Of a stretch of 64,000 bases of DNA, positions 1-9,650 are shown one piece after another; position 1 is the first letter of the stretch, and each line of letters opens with the position of its first letter. The position numbers and the translations under genes are program-made. The notes below the pieces were generated by a model, which saw only the letters and a program-made list of their open reading frames with translations, was not told where the DNA came from and did no database searches. Origin of the DNA: Candidatus Thorarchaeota archaeon. GTDB taxonomy: Archaea > Asgardarchaeota > Thorarchaeia > Thorarchaeales > Thorarchaeaceae. The stretch covers positions 11,257 to 75,256 of the forward strand of contig JBHLQS010000001.1 in assembly GCA_048883405.1 (NCBI GenBank), read 5' to 3'.

Positions 1-2050
1 TGTAGAAGAGCGATCTATTCACGGGCAAATCGTCGAGAGCCTCATCGGAGATGTCAAAGATCTTGGATATCTCCATCACCGGCTTCAGCTCAATCGCGTC
101 CTCTGGACATGCTATTTCACAGGACTTGCAGCCAAGACATTTGGAAACGTTCCACTCGATTGTGCCAAAGCCCAGCAGGGGAGCATAACCCATCATTGCT
201 CTGTATTCATCGAGAACTGAAGGAACATCTACCTCTGCCAACTCGTCCAATGTCACCTTTGGACGGGTACTGGGGAGCTTGGCTCGTGTACGGTAGGAGA
301 GAGATACAGCTGATCGTATCTTCTCCTCGATTCCCATGAGTAACTTTTCTCCCACCACGGCTCCCTCAATCGTGAGCTTGATCAACTTATCGCGACCCTT
401 TGACAGGGTTTCTAGAGCATTGACAACTTTGCCAATGTCCTCAGCCTTCAGGTCTTGAAGAAGAGATTCAAGCCCAGAAGATGCTTCGGTGAGTTGAAGC
501 GCCAACGAGCTTGCGGTTTCGATTGCAAGTTCGGCCTCTGTGGGTGTCCGCGGAACGTCATAGAGAATGTATCCATGGCTTTCACCAGCTAAGGTGAGAA
601 GTTCGTCTCTCTTCATACGAAGCAGATGCTGCAGAATCCTATCTTTCGGGATGTTGGTCTTCTCTGCAAGGTCTTTTGTGGTCATTGCTCCCAGTTCGCG
701 TATGAGAATGAGGATTGTTCCGCGTTCGAGCTCATTGTCCAGATAGCTGGACATCATTCTCTCATAGACTTCTGGGTCTAGCTTCTCCCCATAGACGTTG
801 GTCCCAGAGACAAGGCTAGGACCCTTTTCGAGTGCAATCTTCAGTCTGAATCTGGCAAAGGCCTCAAGACCTGCAGAAACAAGTAGGCGCAGGTCTTCAG
901 AGCTGCCAGCGGGCTTTGATTTCAGAACGGCCTCAGTTGCCTGATCAACAGTCTCACGTAGGTTGTTCATGGGTTCAGCAAGACTGGCTTCATCGTACTG
1001 GCCAAGCTTCTGAAGCCTACCGAGCAAAGGCTCCATTCTTTGTACCGATTTGTCAACAGAAACTTGCACATCATTTTCAAGCGATTTTCCTATGCCATTG
1101 AGCTGCTGCAATACTCTCTTGAACACCAAAGTCGAGTCTGGTACTGATTCAAGAACTCGTGAGAATACAGGTGCGTCCGCTTCAAGGCCGACCATCTCGA
1201 CCTCGCCTCTTTGGATCATGCTCACTATGGCGGCTTGGATATCGGACGATTGTGTTTCCATGAGTCTGCTAATCTCAAGGACAGTGCGTGAGCCCATCTT
1301 TGACAGGATGAACATGATCACTCCACGTCTGAGCTCAGTCAGTATGTTCTCAGAAACTAATTGTAATGCTCGTGCCTCGTCTATCCGACCTTCGCGAATC
1401 CCTCGCTTCACCTGAGCCGAGGTCCTGAGGAATGGGCCATATCTTGTCTTTGTGCCAAGCTTCTGAAGAGTGTCTAATGCTGATGTGACATCATCCGAAA
1501 TTCCAGAAATGGCCTCAGATATCGAACCGACCAGTAGCTTCAGCTCAGATTGGGCTGATTCCGCAGCAGCCTCCCCAGCAGTTTCATACTCTGTGATAGT
1601 GTCTTCAATCTGTGTTATCAAGTCGGACACCGGACTCAGGACTGACTCGATATCGACCGTGGCCCTGTCCTCAATCTCGTCTGTGGCTTCTAGAGCCTCC
1701 AATGTGCGACTTATGGAATTCAGGAGCCCACGAGTACCCTCTGTGTCACGGATAGAAACAGCCTCCTGAAGGTGCGTGGCAGCCTGCCTTAGCAGCCCTT
1801 TATCGGATGTTTGAGAGATGATGTCAGACTTCTCCGAGGTATCAAGGAACTGCTTGAAGTATGCATCAGGAAATGCAAGAATGTCAGCAGCAAGTGGGTC
1901 TAGCTCGCTCTTTAGAGTGGTCATCTCCTCACTGACTTTGCTGAGGGGGATAACAGCTTCTTCTTTCAGACCGCCAAGTGCCATGACCATGTCCATCATA
2001 CGTCTTCGTTTGGGTGCCATATCAGACAGGCTCTTGGACTCGCTCATTCG
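1..2050 (-). CDS. Partial CDS, not in the ORF track. Start is the ATG at 2050 (complement) behind GGAGGT; the C-terminus runs off the window. N-terminal coiled/low-complexity region, several winged-helix-like segments, and a C-terminal 2x[4Fe-4S] ferredoxin-like domain (CxxCxxCxxxCP). Sits in the hdr operon.
   Basis: Manual reverse-complement translation from 2050 downward gave a continuous frame with no stops: MSESKSLSDMAPKRRRMMDM...ILILIRELGAMTTKDLAEKTNIPKDRILQHLL...KCLGCKSCEIACPEDAIELKP. GGAGGTAACCGA precedes the ATG. The plus-strand S-rich short ORFs (109-2120) are the antisense shadow of this gene. Start overlaps the hdrA-mvhD stop (2044). Confidence 0.5.
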
Positions 2051-4209
2051 GTTACCTCCATCCACTTACCAGCCGTTCCCTTGTGCACCGGTGTCGGTCC
2101 GAGCTTCTTGGCTCGCTTAACCATCTCACGAATCGCACTTGTGAATCTCTCAGGCTCAGCACTGAACATTCGAAACATATCGACACGTTCGCCTTTCCAG
2201 CCAATTGCATTTAGTATATCCCGAGTGACATCAACTTGGACTTGAGCAATCTCGTTACCAGTTCCACCAATATGACATCGGTCTTTTTCACAGGCGGCAA
2301 TCATCACGGTACTGGCTCCATGCTCAAAGGCCTTCAAGATATCAATGATTGAAACTCTTCCTGCACATGGCACTGGAATCAGCCGAGAACTAGCATCGTA
2401 CTCCATCTTTCGAGTGCCTACGATATCTATCGTAGAAACAGAGCACTCCTCACAATAGAAACACAAAGTGATTGGGTACTCGGAGTCCGCTCCATCAAGA
2501 ACTGCCTCAATTTCAGACCATAACTGTGAGTTTGATAGGAAATTGAGTTGTGTGGCACCTGAAGGGCATAGGCTCTGACATACCCCGCATGCGTGGCAAT
2601 TCAGAGTGTCAATCGCTGCTTTGAACAATATCTTCTGTGCCTCGTCCTCCTCCTCAGAGTCAGTCTGTTCAATCATCAGAGGGACACCACGAGGACAGTG
2701 CTGTGCGCAAAGACTACAGCCCACGCATTCATCAACATCAAGGACTGCGCCTCGTGCGAGTTTTTCGATCTTACCTCCCTGAAGCTCGTTATGCAGAACA
2801 AGCGCAGCAGCTTGAGCATCTGTGACTGCTTCAAAGACAAACTGTGGACGTGTAATTGCACCTACTGCAACAACACCGCGTCTGCGTGTTTCAGTCCGTC
2901 TTAGCTTGCCATAGAGGTCCTTGACGTGGCCATCCTCCTCAAGTGCATAGCCGAGTGTTTCAGACAGGTCAGCTATACCATCCGATGGAAGAATGGCGGT
3001 AGAGAGAACTACAAGATCGGGAGTACTCTCCAGATATTGGTTGAGAAGTGAGTCATAGATGCGGATGTGGGTTTCGTTATCACTCTCCCAGACCATACTG
3101 ACTCTGCCTCGAATGTAATCCACTCCTCGCTCTCTAGACTCCTTGTATATCATCTCATTCTCGAATGGTACACGAATGTCCATATACACGACCTTTACAT
3201 TCGCATCAGGGTTCCTCTTAAGAATCTCCAATGAGTTATCAATCGCAAATGTGCAACAGAGTTTGCTGCAGTCACGCTTATAGTCCTCAGACCTACTGCC
3301 AACACATTGAACCATTACCACATCCCTCACAGGCTTCCCATCTGAGGGACGTGTCATGTTACCATCTGTCAACATGCGGGAGAGCTCAAGCTGTGTTATG
3401 ACGTCCGGATTCTTTCCATAACGATACTCGTCCATCATTGTAGGTTTGAACTCTTGGAATCCTGTTGCCAAGACCACTGCGGAGGTATGTAGTGTCTTGT
3501 CATCCTCCTCATCTGGAATAGTATAATGAATTGTGAAGTTGCCCATCTCGCCCTCAGTAAACTTCACAGTCGTGTCAGTCATCACGTCGATATTCTTGTC
3601 GTTCTCAAGGGCATTAAGTCGGCTGCTGAAGACCTCTTTTCCTGACTTACCTGTGGGCGCGACAACCGGCAATTGTACTACATGACCACCAATGGTTGAT
3701 TCACGTTCCATCAGTGCCACATGGTAGCCCAAATTGGAAAGACTGAGTGCGGCCTCGACTCCGGCAATCCCGCCACCTATCACTGTCACATGAGCAGGGA
3801 CCTCTTTCGTTTCAGAAACAATGGAGATAGAACCAGCTGAACGTGCTAATGCACCTCTTATCATGTCTAGGGATTTCTTGGACGCCTCAGAAAGGTCATT
3901 GTGGACCCATGCAGAGTGCTCGCGAATATTCACGTATTTGATTCTCGAGGGGTCCTTTCCAAGGGACTGGAGATACAGATCAATACGGGGCTGTATCTTC
4001 TGACTTGTACAGGCTGCAATTACTAGTCTGGCTTCATTCTCATCTAGTAGTTTGGCTATGGTTTCAAGTCCTGAGTCTTGGCAGACTAGGTTGTGTACAG
4101 TCACCGAACCAGTCAAGTCTAGCTTCTTGATCTCTCTTTCCAAGAACTCATAGTCCAGCTTCAGCTGGGTTCCGCATGTGCAGAGAAGGACTGGCGATTT
4201 ATTGCTCAT
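2044..4209 (-). CDS. hdrA: Heterodisulfide reductase subunit A fused to an MvhD-like domain (HdrA-MvhD)
   Basis: FAD-binding GGGIAG motif, multiple CxxCxxCxxxCP ferredoxin motifs, C-terminal MvhD-like region (VPCAGRV). Confidence 0.85.
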   Translation of the reverse strand: MSNKSPVLLCTCGTQLKLDYEFLEREIKKLDLTGSVTVHNLVCQDSGLETIAKLLDENEARLVIAACTSQKIQPRIDLYLQSLGKDPSRIKYVNIREHSAWVHNDLSEASKKSLDMIRGALARSAGSISIVSETKEVPAHVTVIGGGIAGVEAALSLSNLGYHVALMERESTIGGHVVQLPVVAPTGKSGKEVFSSRLNALENDKNIDVMTDTTVKFTEGEMGNFTIHYTIPDEEDDKTLHTSAVVLATGFQEFKPTMMDEYRYGKNPDVITQLELSRMLTDGNMTRPSDGKPVRDVVMVQCVGSRSEDYKRDCSKLCCTFAIDNSLEILKRNPDANVKVVYMDIRVPFENEMIYKESRERGVDYIRGRVSMVWESDNETHIRIYDSLLNQYLESTPDLVVLSTAILPSDGIADLSETLGYALEEDGHVKDLYGKLRRTETRRRGVVAVGAITRPQFVFEAVTDAQAAALVLHNELQGGKIEKLARGAVLDVDECVGCSLCAQHCPRGVPLMIEQTDSEEEDEAQKILFKAAIDTLNCHACGVCQSLCPSGATQLNFLSNSQLWSEIEAVLDGADSEYPITLCFYCEECSVSTIDIVGTRKMEYDASSRLIPVPCAGRVSIIDILKAFEHGASTVMIAACEKDRCHIGGTGNEIAQVQVDVTRDILNAIGWKGERVDMFRMFSAEPERFTSAIREMVKRAKKLGPTPVHKGTAGKWMEVTE

Positions 4210-4215
4210 GACTCA

Positions 4216-5472
4216 TCACTTCCTCCTCTGGAGAATCTTGCTCACAACGGCTCTTGCTTGGTTGACACTTTCAGGAACTTCCGCGGGGCCTAATGCTCCT
4301 CCGCAGGCATAGACATGATCTCCTGCGACTACCTCGTTCTCAGAGATTGGATCGGCGGGTCCCACATAGCCGCTTGCTGAATTCAGGCCCAGAGTATTGA
4401 GCAGCTCGTCGCCGGCTTCTGGGGGTTCCAATGCAGAAGAGAGTACCAGCAGATCTACTGCATATTTGAGATACTTGTTCAATAACGAGTCATATACGTA
4501 GACGCCCAATGTGCCATCCTTTTGGCTCTCCACTCGACTCACTCGGCCACGTACGAACTCGACTCCAGCCTCACGTGTTTCGCGGTAATATCGCTCATGA
4601 CGATCGTAGGTTCGAATATCCATATAGACGACAGTTACTCTCGAATCGTTGCGCTCTCTGGATATAATGTTGGCATGCTTCAGAGCGAAAACGCAACAGA
4701 TTTTGGAACAGAATGGATAGTAATTCTCGTCCCTGCTGCCTACGCATTGAATCATCATCACACTCTTGACTTGAGCCCCATCCGAAGGCCGTACCAATGC
4801 TCCAGCAGACTCTCCATTTGGATCGAGCATATGTGCGAGCTCCAGTTGTGTGATGACATTGGGCAGTTTCCCATAGCCATATTCTTCCACTATAGAGGGC
4901 TTCATCTCATGATAACCAGTCGCGATGACAATGTCTGAAACTGTGATAGTTTCTTCAGTCTGAGCGGCACTCAGATTGATTGCCTGTGTTGGACACTCCT
5001 CCTCGGCCTTCTTTGCGCCGTCATCTGCTCTCTCAGGATTATAGGTGACTGCTTGTGGTTGACATTGGGGAGAGACCAGTTGAAATGCATCTGAAATATC
5101 GATGCAAAGACCACACATGGTGCACTTCTTTGGGTCTACATAAGCAGGACCTACCTCAAGTTTAACTGAGAATTTGCCTGGCGTCCCAGAGATTGCTTTG
5201 ACCCTTGTATCGATTTTGAGATCTATATGTGCCTGGTCAACCATGGCGCTCCGGTAGAAGCACTTTCGGATACCTGGACGCCAGCGATTGCCTTGAAAGC
5301 AATAGAAACAGTCGTCTGTGGGAAATGCTTTGTATAGCTCGAGAGCATTGCCGCCAATAGTTCTCTCTCTGTCAATCAGGATGGACTTGATACCGTTGTC
5401 TGCCAGCTCCACTGCTGCAGTCATCCCTGCTACACCGGCACCTATGACTAGAACTGGACCAGTCAATACCAT
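4216..5472 (-). CDS. HdrA-like FAD/Fe-S oxidoreductase (short HdrA paralog). Start moved to the second ATG (MVLTGPVLVIGAGVAG) behind GAGGTGA.
   Basis: GAGVAG dinucleotide-binding motif, Cys clusters, overall similarity to the upstream HdrA. GAGGTGACC precedes the ATG at 5472. This start removes the overlap with hdrB. Confidence 0.7.
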   Translation of the reverse strand: MVLTGPVLVIGAGVAGMTAAVELADNGIKSILIDRERTIGGNALELYKAFPTDDCFYCFQGNRWRPGIRKCFYRSAMVDQAHIDLKIDTRVKAISGTPGKFSVKLEVGPAYVDPKKCTMCGLCIDISDAFQLVSPQCQPQAVTYNPERADDGAKKAEEECPTQAINLSAAQTEETITVSDIVIATGYHEMKPSIVEEYGYGKLPNVITQLELAHMLDPNGESAGALVRPSDGAQVKSVMMIQCVGSRDENYYPFCSKICCVFALKHANIISRERNDSRVTVVYMDIRTYDRHERYYRETREAGVEFVRGRVSRVESQKDGTLGVYVYDSLLNKYLKYAVDLLVLSSALEPPEAGDELLNTLGLNSASGYVGPADPISENEVVAGDHVYACGGALGPAEVPESVNQARAVVSKILQRRK

Positions 5473-5479
5473 GGTCACC

Positions 5480-6358
5480 TCAACCAGACAGATGCTCCAG
5501 GATAGGGCCTGCTGGAACACGGTTCATGCTGAGACCTATCTCTTCCTCATCCATGCCCATTGCCAATGCCAGAATCTGTGGATACAGAAGAACTGGGAGG
5601 TCGTAGACCTCTCCGTATGAGTCCTTCAAGTCTAGCTGCTGGAGATCAAGCTGATTCCCGCAGGCAGGACAAACCACGGTAATAAACTCAGCACCGGCCT
5701 CTTTCATCGACTTAATCTTATCTCGTGCAAGTCTGATGGCAAGTTGCTCATTCACTGGTAGAACTGTGGCACCACAACATTGCTTCCACAGAGGGTAATC
5801 GATTACTGCTGCACCGGTAGCGGCGACCATCTCCTGTAGGATCTCAGGTCTGAATTCAGTCACATCTATCGGACGCAGAAGATGGCAGCCATAGTGGATT
5901 GCTATTCCCACTCCATCCAGAGGCTTTGTGACCCTCTTCTTGATTTCTTCAATGCCTATATCCGTGTACATTGCCTCGACTATATGTCGAACATTGATGG
6001 AGCCCTTGAACTCCAGTCCCATCTTCTTCAGTTCAGCGTTAATCTTCTTCAAGTCGTCCTTGTGGTGCTTGAGGTGATACAGTACGTCTTTCAGAGAACC
6101 AAAACAACCATTGCATGGTGTCACAATGTCATGACCACTCTTCTCTGCAATAGCAATTGTGCGGGCATTGACTAAGAGCCAGCCAAAACTATCAATCGCT
6201 CGAAGATTGGGGCTGCCACAGCAAGCAACATCCTCAAGGTAATTGAGTTCCATGCCCAGGGCTTCAGCCACTTTGAACATCGCAGCCTCATAATTGGGAT
6301 AGTTGGCTGGAACACTGCATCCCATGTACAAGCTATAGACTGGCATTTTACTCGCCAC
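5480..6358 (-). CDS. hdrB: Heterodisulfide reductase subunit B (two CCG domains)
   Basis: Cys-rich CCG motifs (CCG, CNGC, CPACG) typical of HdrB; operon position between hdrC and hdrA. Confidence 0.85.
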   Translation of the reverse strand: MASKMPVYSLYMGCSVPANYPNYEAAMFKVAEALGMELNYLEDVACCGSPNLRAIDSFGWLLVNARTIAIAEKSGHDIVTPCNGCFGSLKDVLYHLKHHKDDLKKINAELKKMGLEFKGSINVRHIVEAMYTDIGIEEIKKRVTKPLDGVGIAIHYGCHLLRPIDVTEFRPEILQEMVAATGAAVIDYPLWKQCCGATVLPVNEQLAIRLARDKIKSMKEAGAEFITVVCPACGNQLDLQQLDLKDSYGEVYDLPVLLYPQILALAMGMDEEEIGLSMNRVPAGPILEHLSG

Positions 6359-6890
6359 CCTCCACTAGCTTGTTCGTACGAGTTTCTTTGAGAATCGATA
6401 TTATGCCTTCTATCGAGAGGCCTGGAACTTCTGGCTCTAGGTCTAGGTCTTCGCGTTCCCAGTCATTGATGACTTCATAGAGCTGTCCCGTTTCAATCAG
6501 TGACTTTGCCAAAACAAGAATATTGTCAGGTACATGGCCTTCTTCAGCAGCCAAGTTTTTGCAGTCGAAGAATATGTCAGTGACTCGTACATTCTGAGGA
6601 CAGCGCTCCTGGCATTCGAAACAAGTCAAGCACTCCCAGATCTCCTTGCTTGTTAGAACTTCATCTCGCATACCAAGAAGTATCATACGAATCAATTGGT
6701 GGGGTTTGTAGTCCCATTGATTTGCAATTGGACATGCAGCTGTGCAGGTTGAGCAGGCAAAACAAGCCGATAGCTCATGGCCATTGGGCAGGCTGCTAAT
6801 TTCATTGCGAAACTTGGAGTCCAATTTGGACATATCAATTGGATCAATCAGGGTTACTGGAGGACCAGCATGTTCTTCAGTTTCTGTCAT
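6348..6890 (-). CDS. hdrC: Heterodisulfide reductase subunit C (2x[4Fe-4S] ferredoxin). Start at the ATG behind GAGGTG.
   Basis: CxxCxxCxxxCP and CFECQERCP motifs. GAGGTG lies 9 nt upstream of ATG 6890 (the GTG at 6902 is less likely). Confidence 0.8.
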   Translation of the reverse strand: MTETEEHAGPPVTLIDPIDMSKLDSKFRNEISSLPNGHELSACFACSTCTAACPIANQWDYKPHQLIRMILLGMRDEVLTSKEIWECLTCFECQERCPQNVRVTDIFFDCKNLAAEEGHVPDNILVLAKSLIETGQLYEVINDWEREDLDLEPEVPGLSIEGIISILKETRTNKLVEGGE

Positions 6891-6954
6891 GAGCGGGTGC
6901 ACCTCTCGGATACGACCGATGCAGTGACTGAATGCAACAGCCGATTTGGTGACC

Positions 6955-6964
6955 TATATTAAAA
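6955..6964 (-). promoter_or_regulatory. Candidate BRE/TATA (TTTTAATATA on minus strand) for the hdr operon
   Basis: AT-rich TATA-like box about 55-65 nt upstream of the hdrC start, in otherwise GC-balanced DNA. Confidence 0.35.
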
Positions 6965-7029
6965 GTTTGCAGAAGGAACACGTTTTGGGATGGAGCAGTT
7001 AAGGGGGAGGCTGAAGGGAATTAGGCAGA

Positions 7030-7296
7030 TTATGTATCAGGTAGGCCCTTCTTGTGGATTAGAAGAAGAAGTCCAAATGTAACTAGAATGACTGCTGCTT
7101 CATATGCTATGATATTCAAGAGACCTTGGTTGACCAGAGGATAGGACAATCCTCCTACAAAAGCCAAGAGACAGCAAATTATGGCCACGAGGTAGATTAT
7201 CCATTGTGATTTCAGACGCATGTAATCCCGGAAGTGTGTGTCGCTCTTAGGATTTTCTGTCATGAAACTCAGACAGATTAGCAAGGATTTGTTCAA
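7030..7296 (-). CDS. Small two-TM membrane protein, hypothetical
   Basis: Two hydrophobic helices (IIYLVAIICCLLAFVGGL, AAVILVTFGLLLLI); last gene of the minus-strand superoperon. Confidence 0.3.
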   Translation of the reverse strand: MNKSLLICLSFMTENPKSDTHFRDYMRLKSQWIIYLVAIICCLLAFVGGLSYPLVNQGLLNIIAYEAAVILVTFGLLLLIHKKGLPDT

Positions 7297-7546
7297 TCCG
7301 TGAATGGAGTGACGCCCAGTGACTGATTGTTTCAGTTTTTAGCTCTGTGACAAGGTTCAACACAAAGCCCTTTAGATCATCGGGACTGCCCCGTAGTTTC
7401 CCTAGCAATGAGTTATTATCGTCAAGAAGGCGGAGGGCTCCAGAAAGAGCGATTTGAAACTTATCATGTCCCTTTTCAATTGATTCTCTTGATGAGTCGA
7501 TTTGCAGCAGTACTTCTCGAAGATTAGCCGCCAGTGAATCATCCAC
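7247..7546 (-). CDS. Small alpha-helical hypothetical protein
   Basis: ORF placed immediately downstream of the Gins51-like gene on the same strand; no recognisable motif. Confidence 0.3.
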   Translation of the reverse strand: MDDSLAANLREVLLQIDSSRESIEKGHDKFQIALSGALRLLDDNNSLLGKLRGSPDDLKGFVLNLVTELKTETISHWASLHSRIEQILANLSEFHDRKS

Positions 7547-8109
7547 TAGTTAGTACCTCCCATGTCAGTAGCAACTCTCACCACAGTACCATCATCAAGC
7601 CAAACCTTTGCATTGGCAAAGGGGATTGCCAGAAGGTCCTCCTTCTTGAATGGACCGTACGTGCGCTCATCAATTCCAATAATCGCATCATCGATGGAAC
7701 GTAAGAACCTCACGACAACATAATCCACTACTTCTTTCGGAGGGGTTGCTTCTTTACCATCAGGGAGTTCTTTCGATGGCGGAGAGGGTATTCCCGTGAG
7801 AGCCTCTCTAACAAAGTTTGAATGTCCCTCAAATCCTCTGCGAAGCCTGTTGTAGAGTTCTTCTTCAGACAGGACCATTTTGCCCTGAGGAGGCCGTTGT
7901 GCTATTGCTGCTCTGATTATCTTCTCTCTGCGCATCATCAAGAAGTCGTTGAGCATATACTCCAGATTCAGAGCCTCTTGTGTATACATTTCTGCCTGAA
8001 GTTGGTCTTCAGCAGGAGTTTCAGTGAGAGCATACCTGATATTTGATAGATATTCAGCCATCTTACTAAGGCGTCTATCTTCAAGATTTTGAAGCTCCTC
8101 GTTCTCCAT
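7546..8109 (-). CDS. gins51: GINS subunit Gins51 (Gins15)-like: helical A-domain followed by beta B-domain. Start moved to an internal ATG to remove the 200-nt overlap with priS.
   Basis: Alpha-rich N-terminal half and beta-rich C-terminal half (VVDYVVVRFL...AKVWLDDGTVVRV). Sits directly downstream of priS, a gene adjacency conserved in many archaea. The ORF-track start at 8355 overlaps the priS 3' end. Confidence 0.45.
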   Translation of the reverse strand: MENEELQNLEDRRLSKMAEYLSNIRYALTETPAEDQLQAEMYTQEALNLEYMLNDFLMMRREKIIRAAIAQRPPQGKMVLSEEELYNRLRRGFEGHSNFVREALTGIPSPPSKELPDGKEATPPKEVVDYVVVRFLRSIDDAIIGIDERTYGPFKKEDLLAIPFANAKVWLDDGTVVRVATDMGGTN

Positions 8110-8149
8110 CTCAGCAGCCCATGCATCATTGATGTCCTTGTATGGTGTA

Positions 8150-9565
8150 TCACTCAATCGTCGCCACTCCTTTGCACAACATGAATATTGCCACTTCCAT
8201 TGGTAACTCTTCGCTTTCCTTACGAAATGGACCGTAGGTGTTATTACCGATTCGGATTTTTGGAATATCAAGCACGCTATCAAAACGCACCTTGAGCTTG
8301 CCATTTGTGATTGCAAGTGCATCACTGAATGGATCGAATTCTGCAATCTCATCACGCGTCAGAGACTTTACCGAGAATCCAGTCTTTCCATTCAAACTGC
8401 CAATGAGCCGGATTACCCTTCCTATATCATGAGTCACAGGTAGGTCGATCTCTCCACCGAATGCTTCCACTGCCTTGACTGCAATCTCCTGCCAGAATTT
8501 GTCCCCCACTCCCTTTACTTTTGGACTCAAGATTGGAGGGGTTCTCAAGAGGCCTTTGATTGCATCCTCTTTGTGTTCAGTAAGTAAGCGAACCCATCGC
8601 TCTTTTCCATCATAGGATTCGATGTCCCGGATGAAGCTGATCATAGCCTCTGCTACTCGATTGCCCCATCCTGGCACGTCAAGCTGTGGATTGCTCCTCG
8701 TCGGGAGAGGCATGTTCTTTGAAACCACGATCACTCTGTGGCGATCTGCTGGGGAAGTCCCTTTTGCTGGGGTAATTTTAAAGCCCATTCCAGTGATATA
8801 ATGCGCAACCTCTGTACGACCATCTGAATCAAGGTGGAAGACTCGAGGATCACGGACTCTGATATGATATCCTCTGTGGCCACTGAAATTCAGCTGAATG
8901 TATTCAGGATCAATCGCAAAGTCCTGAGTCAAGAACATATCATAGACCTTTATTGTATTCCTCTTGGCATCTTCTAGACACCTGTCACATAGCCATTTGC
9001 GTGCGAAGATGTTCTTCCCTCCACACTTTGGGCAATTGCTGGGAGAAGCCCCCTTGCCTGTTTCTAGACAGCTTGCGTTATTACATCTCCATGAATCGTG
9101 TTCATTGGCACAAGGTGAGTTGAGATGGTCAGCATCTATATCAAAGATGAGTTCGGCGCCCTGCCAACCCTTGTCCCGAGCGACTGGTATGTTGTAGAAG
9201 GCTGCAGAATGATAGACGCTATGAGGTGCAACTTCTATTAACTCTTTGAGAAGAGCTTTCTGTGTGCGAAATCCTATGTGACGTATCCAATTGGTCACCT
9301 TAATTTCTGTGGAACCACAGAATGGACATGATTGAAGTCTGTTGAACGAATTACCTGAACGGTCACAACCGTATTCGAGTTTGGTGCCCGATTCGTCCTC
9401 ATAGGTTCCCTTTGGGCATCTCCAGGAGTATTCCCAGTCTTCAAAGGCGAACTCGCGTGTGTGAATCTTGTTTGGCTGATCAACTTCGGATTGATTCGAT
9501 TGATAGTGGTTCTGAAATGCCAGGCGTAGGAATTTGCTCCTCGTTTCCCGAGTACGATTTGACAT
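8150..9565 (-). CDS. priS: DNA primase small (catalytic) subunit PriS
   Basis: Archaeo-eukaryotic primase motifs LIFDIDADHL (DxD) and SGHRGYHIRV; Zn-knuckle CPFCG...CPKCGG. Confidence 0.85.
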   Translation of the reverse strand: MSNRTRETRSKFLRLAFQNHYQSNQSEVDQPNKIHTREFAFEDWEYSWRCPKGTYEDESGTKLEYGCDRSGNSFNRLQSCPFCGSTEIKVTNWIRHIGFRTQKALLKELIEVAPHSVYHSAAFYNIPVARDKGWQGAELIFDIDADHLNSPCANEHDSWRCNNASCLETGKGASPSNCPKCGGKNIFARKWLCDRCLEDAKRNTIKVYDMFLTQDFAIDPEYIQLNFSGHRGYHIRVRDPRVFHLDSDGRTEVAHYITGMGFKITPAKGTSPADRHRVIVVSKNMPLPTRSNPQLDVPGWGNRVAEAMISFIRDIESYDGKERWVRLLTEHKEDAIKGLLRTPPILSPKVKGVGDKFWQEIAVKAVEAFGGEIDLPVTHDIGRVIRLIGSLNGKTGFSVKSLTRDEIAEFDPFSDALAITNGKLKVRFDSVLDIPKIRIGNNTYGPFRKESEELPMEVAIFMLCKGVATIE

Positions 9566-9650
9566 GCCTACAACCCCACTATCAATGGACCGATATGAGA
9601 TCTTGTCGTCCTACTTGGATAGTCAATTTGGATAGAGTCAGGATTGCCGA

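Noticed and set aside
109-2214. Five to six plus-strand ORFs with Ser/Thr-rich low-complexity translations (109-339, 916-1101, 1050-1415, 1470-1769, 1818-2120, 2014-2214)
   Set aside because: They are antisense to a long, uninterrupted minus-strand reading frame with an SD and ATG at 2050 and with a recognisable ferredoxin domain. Their compositional bias is typical of shadow ORFs.
2593-4003. Several 60-100-aa ORFs inside or antisense to hdrA (for example 2593-2904, 2637-2825, 2676-2861, 3821-4003)
   Set aside because: They are nested in a strongly supported HdrA coding region.
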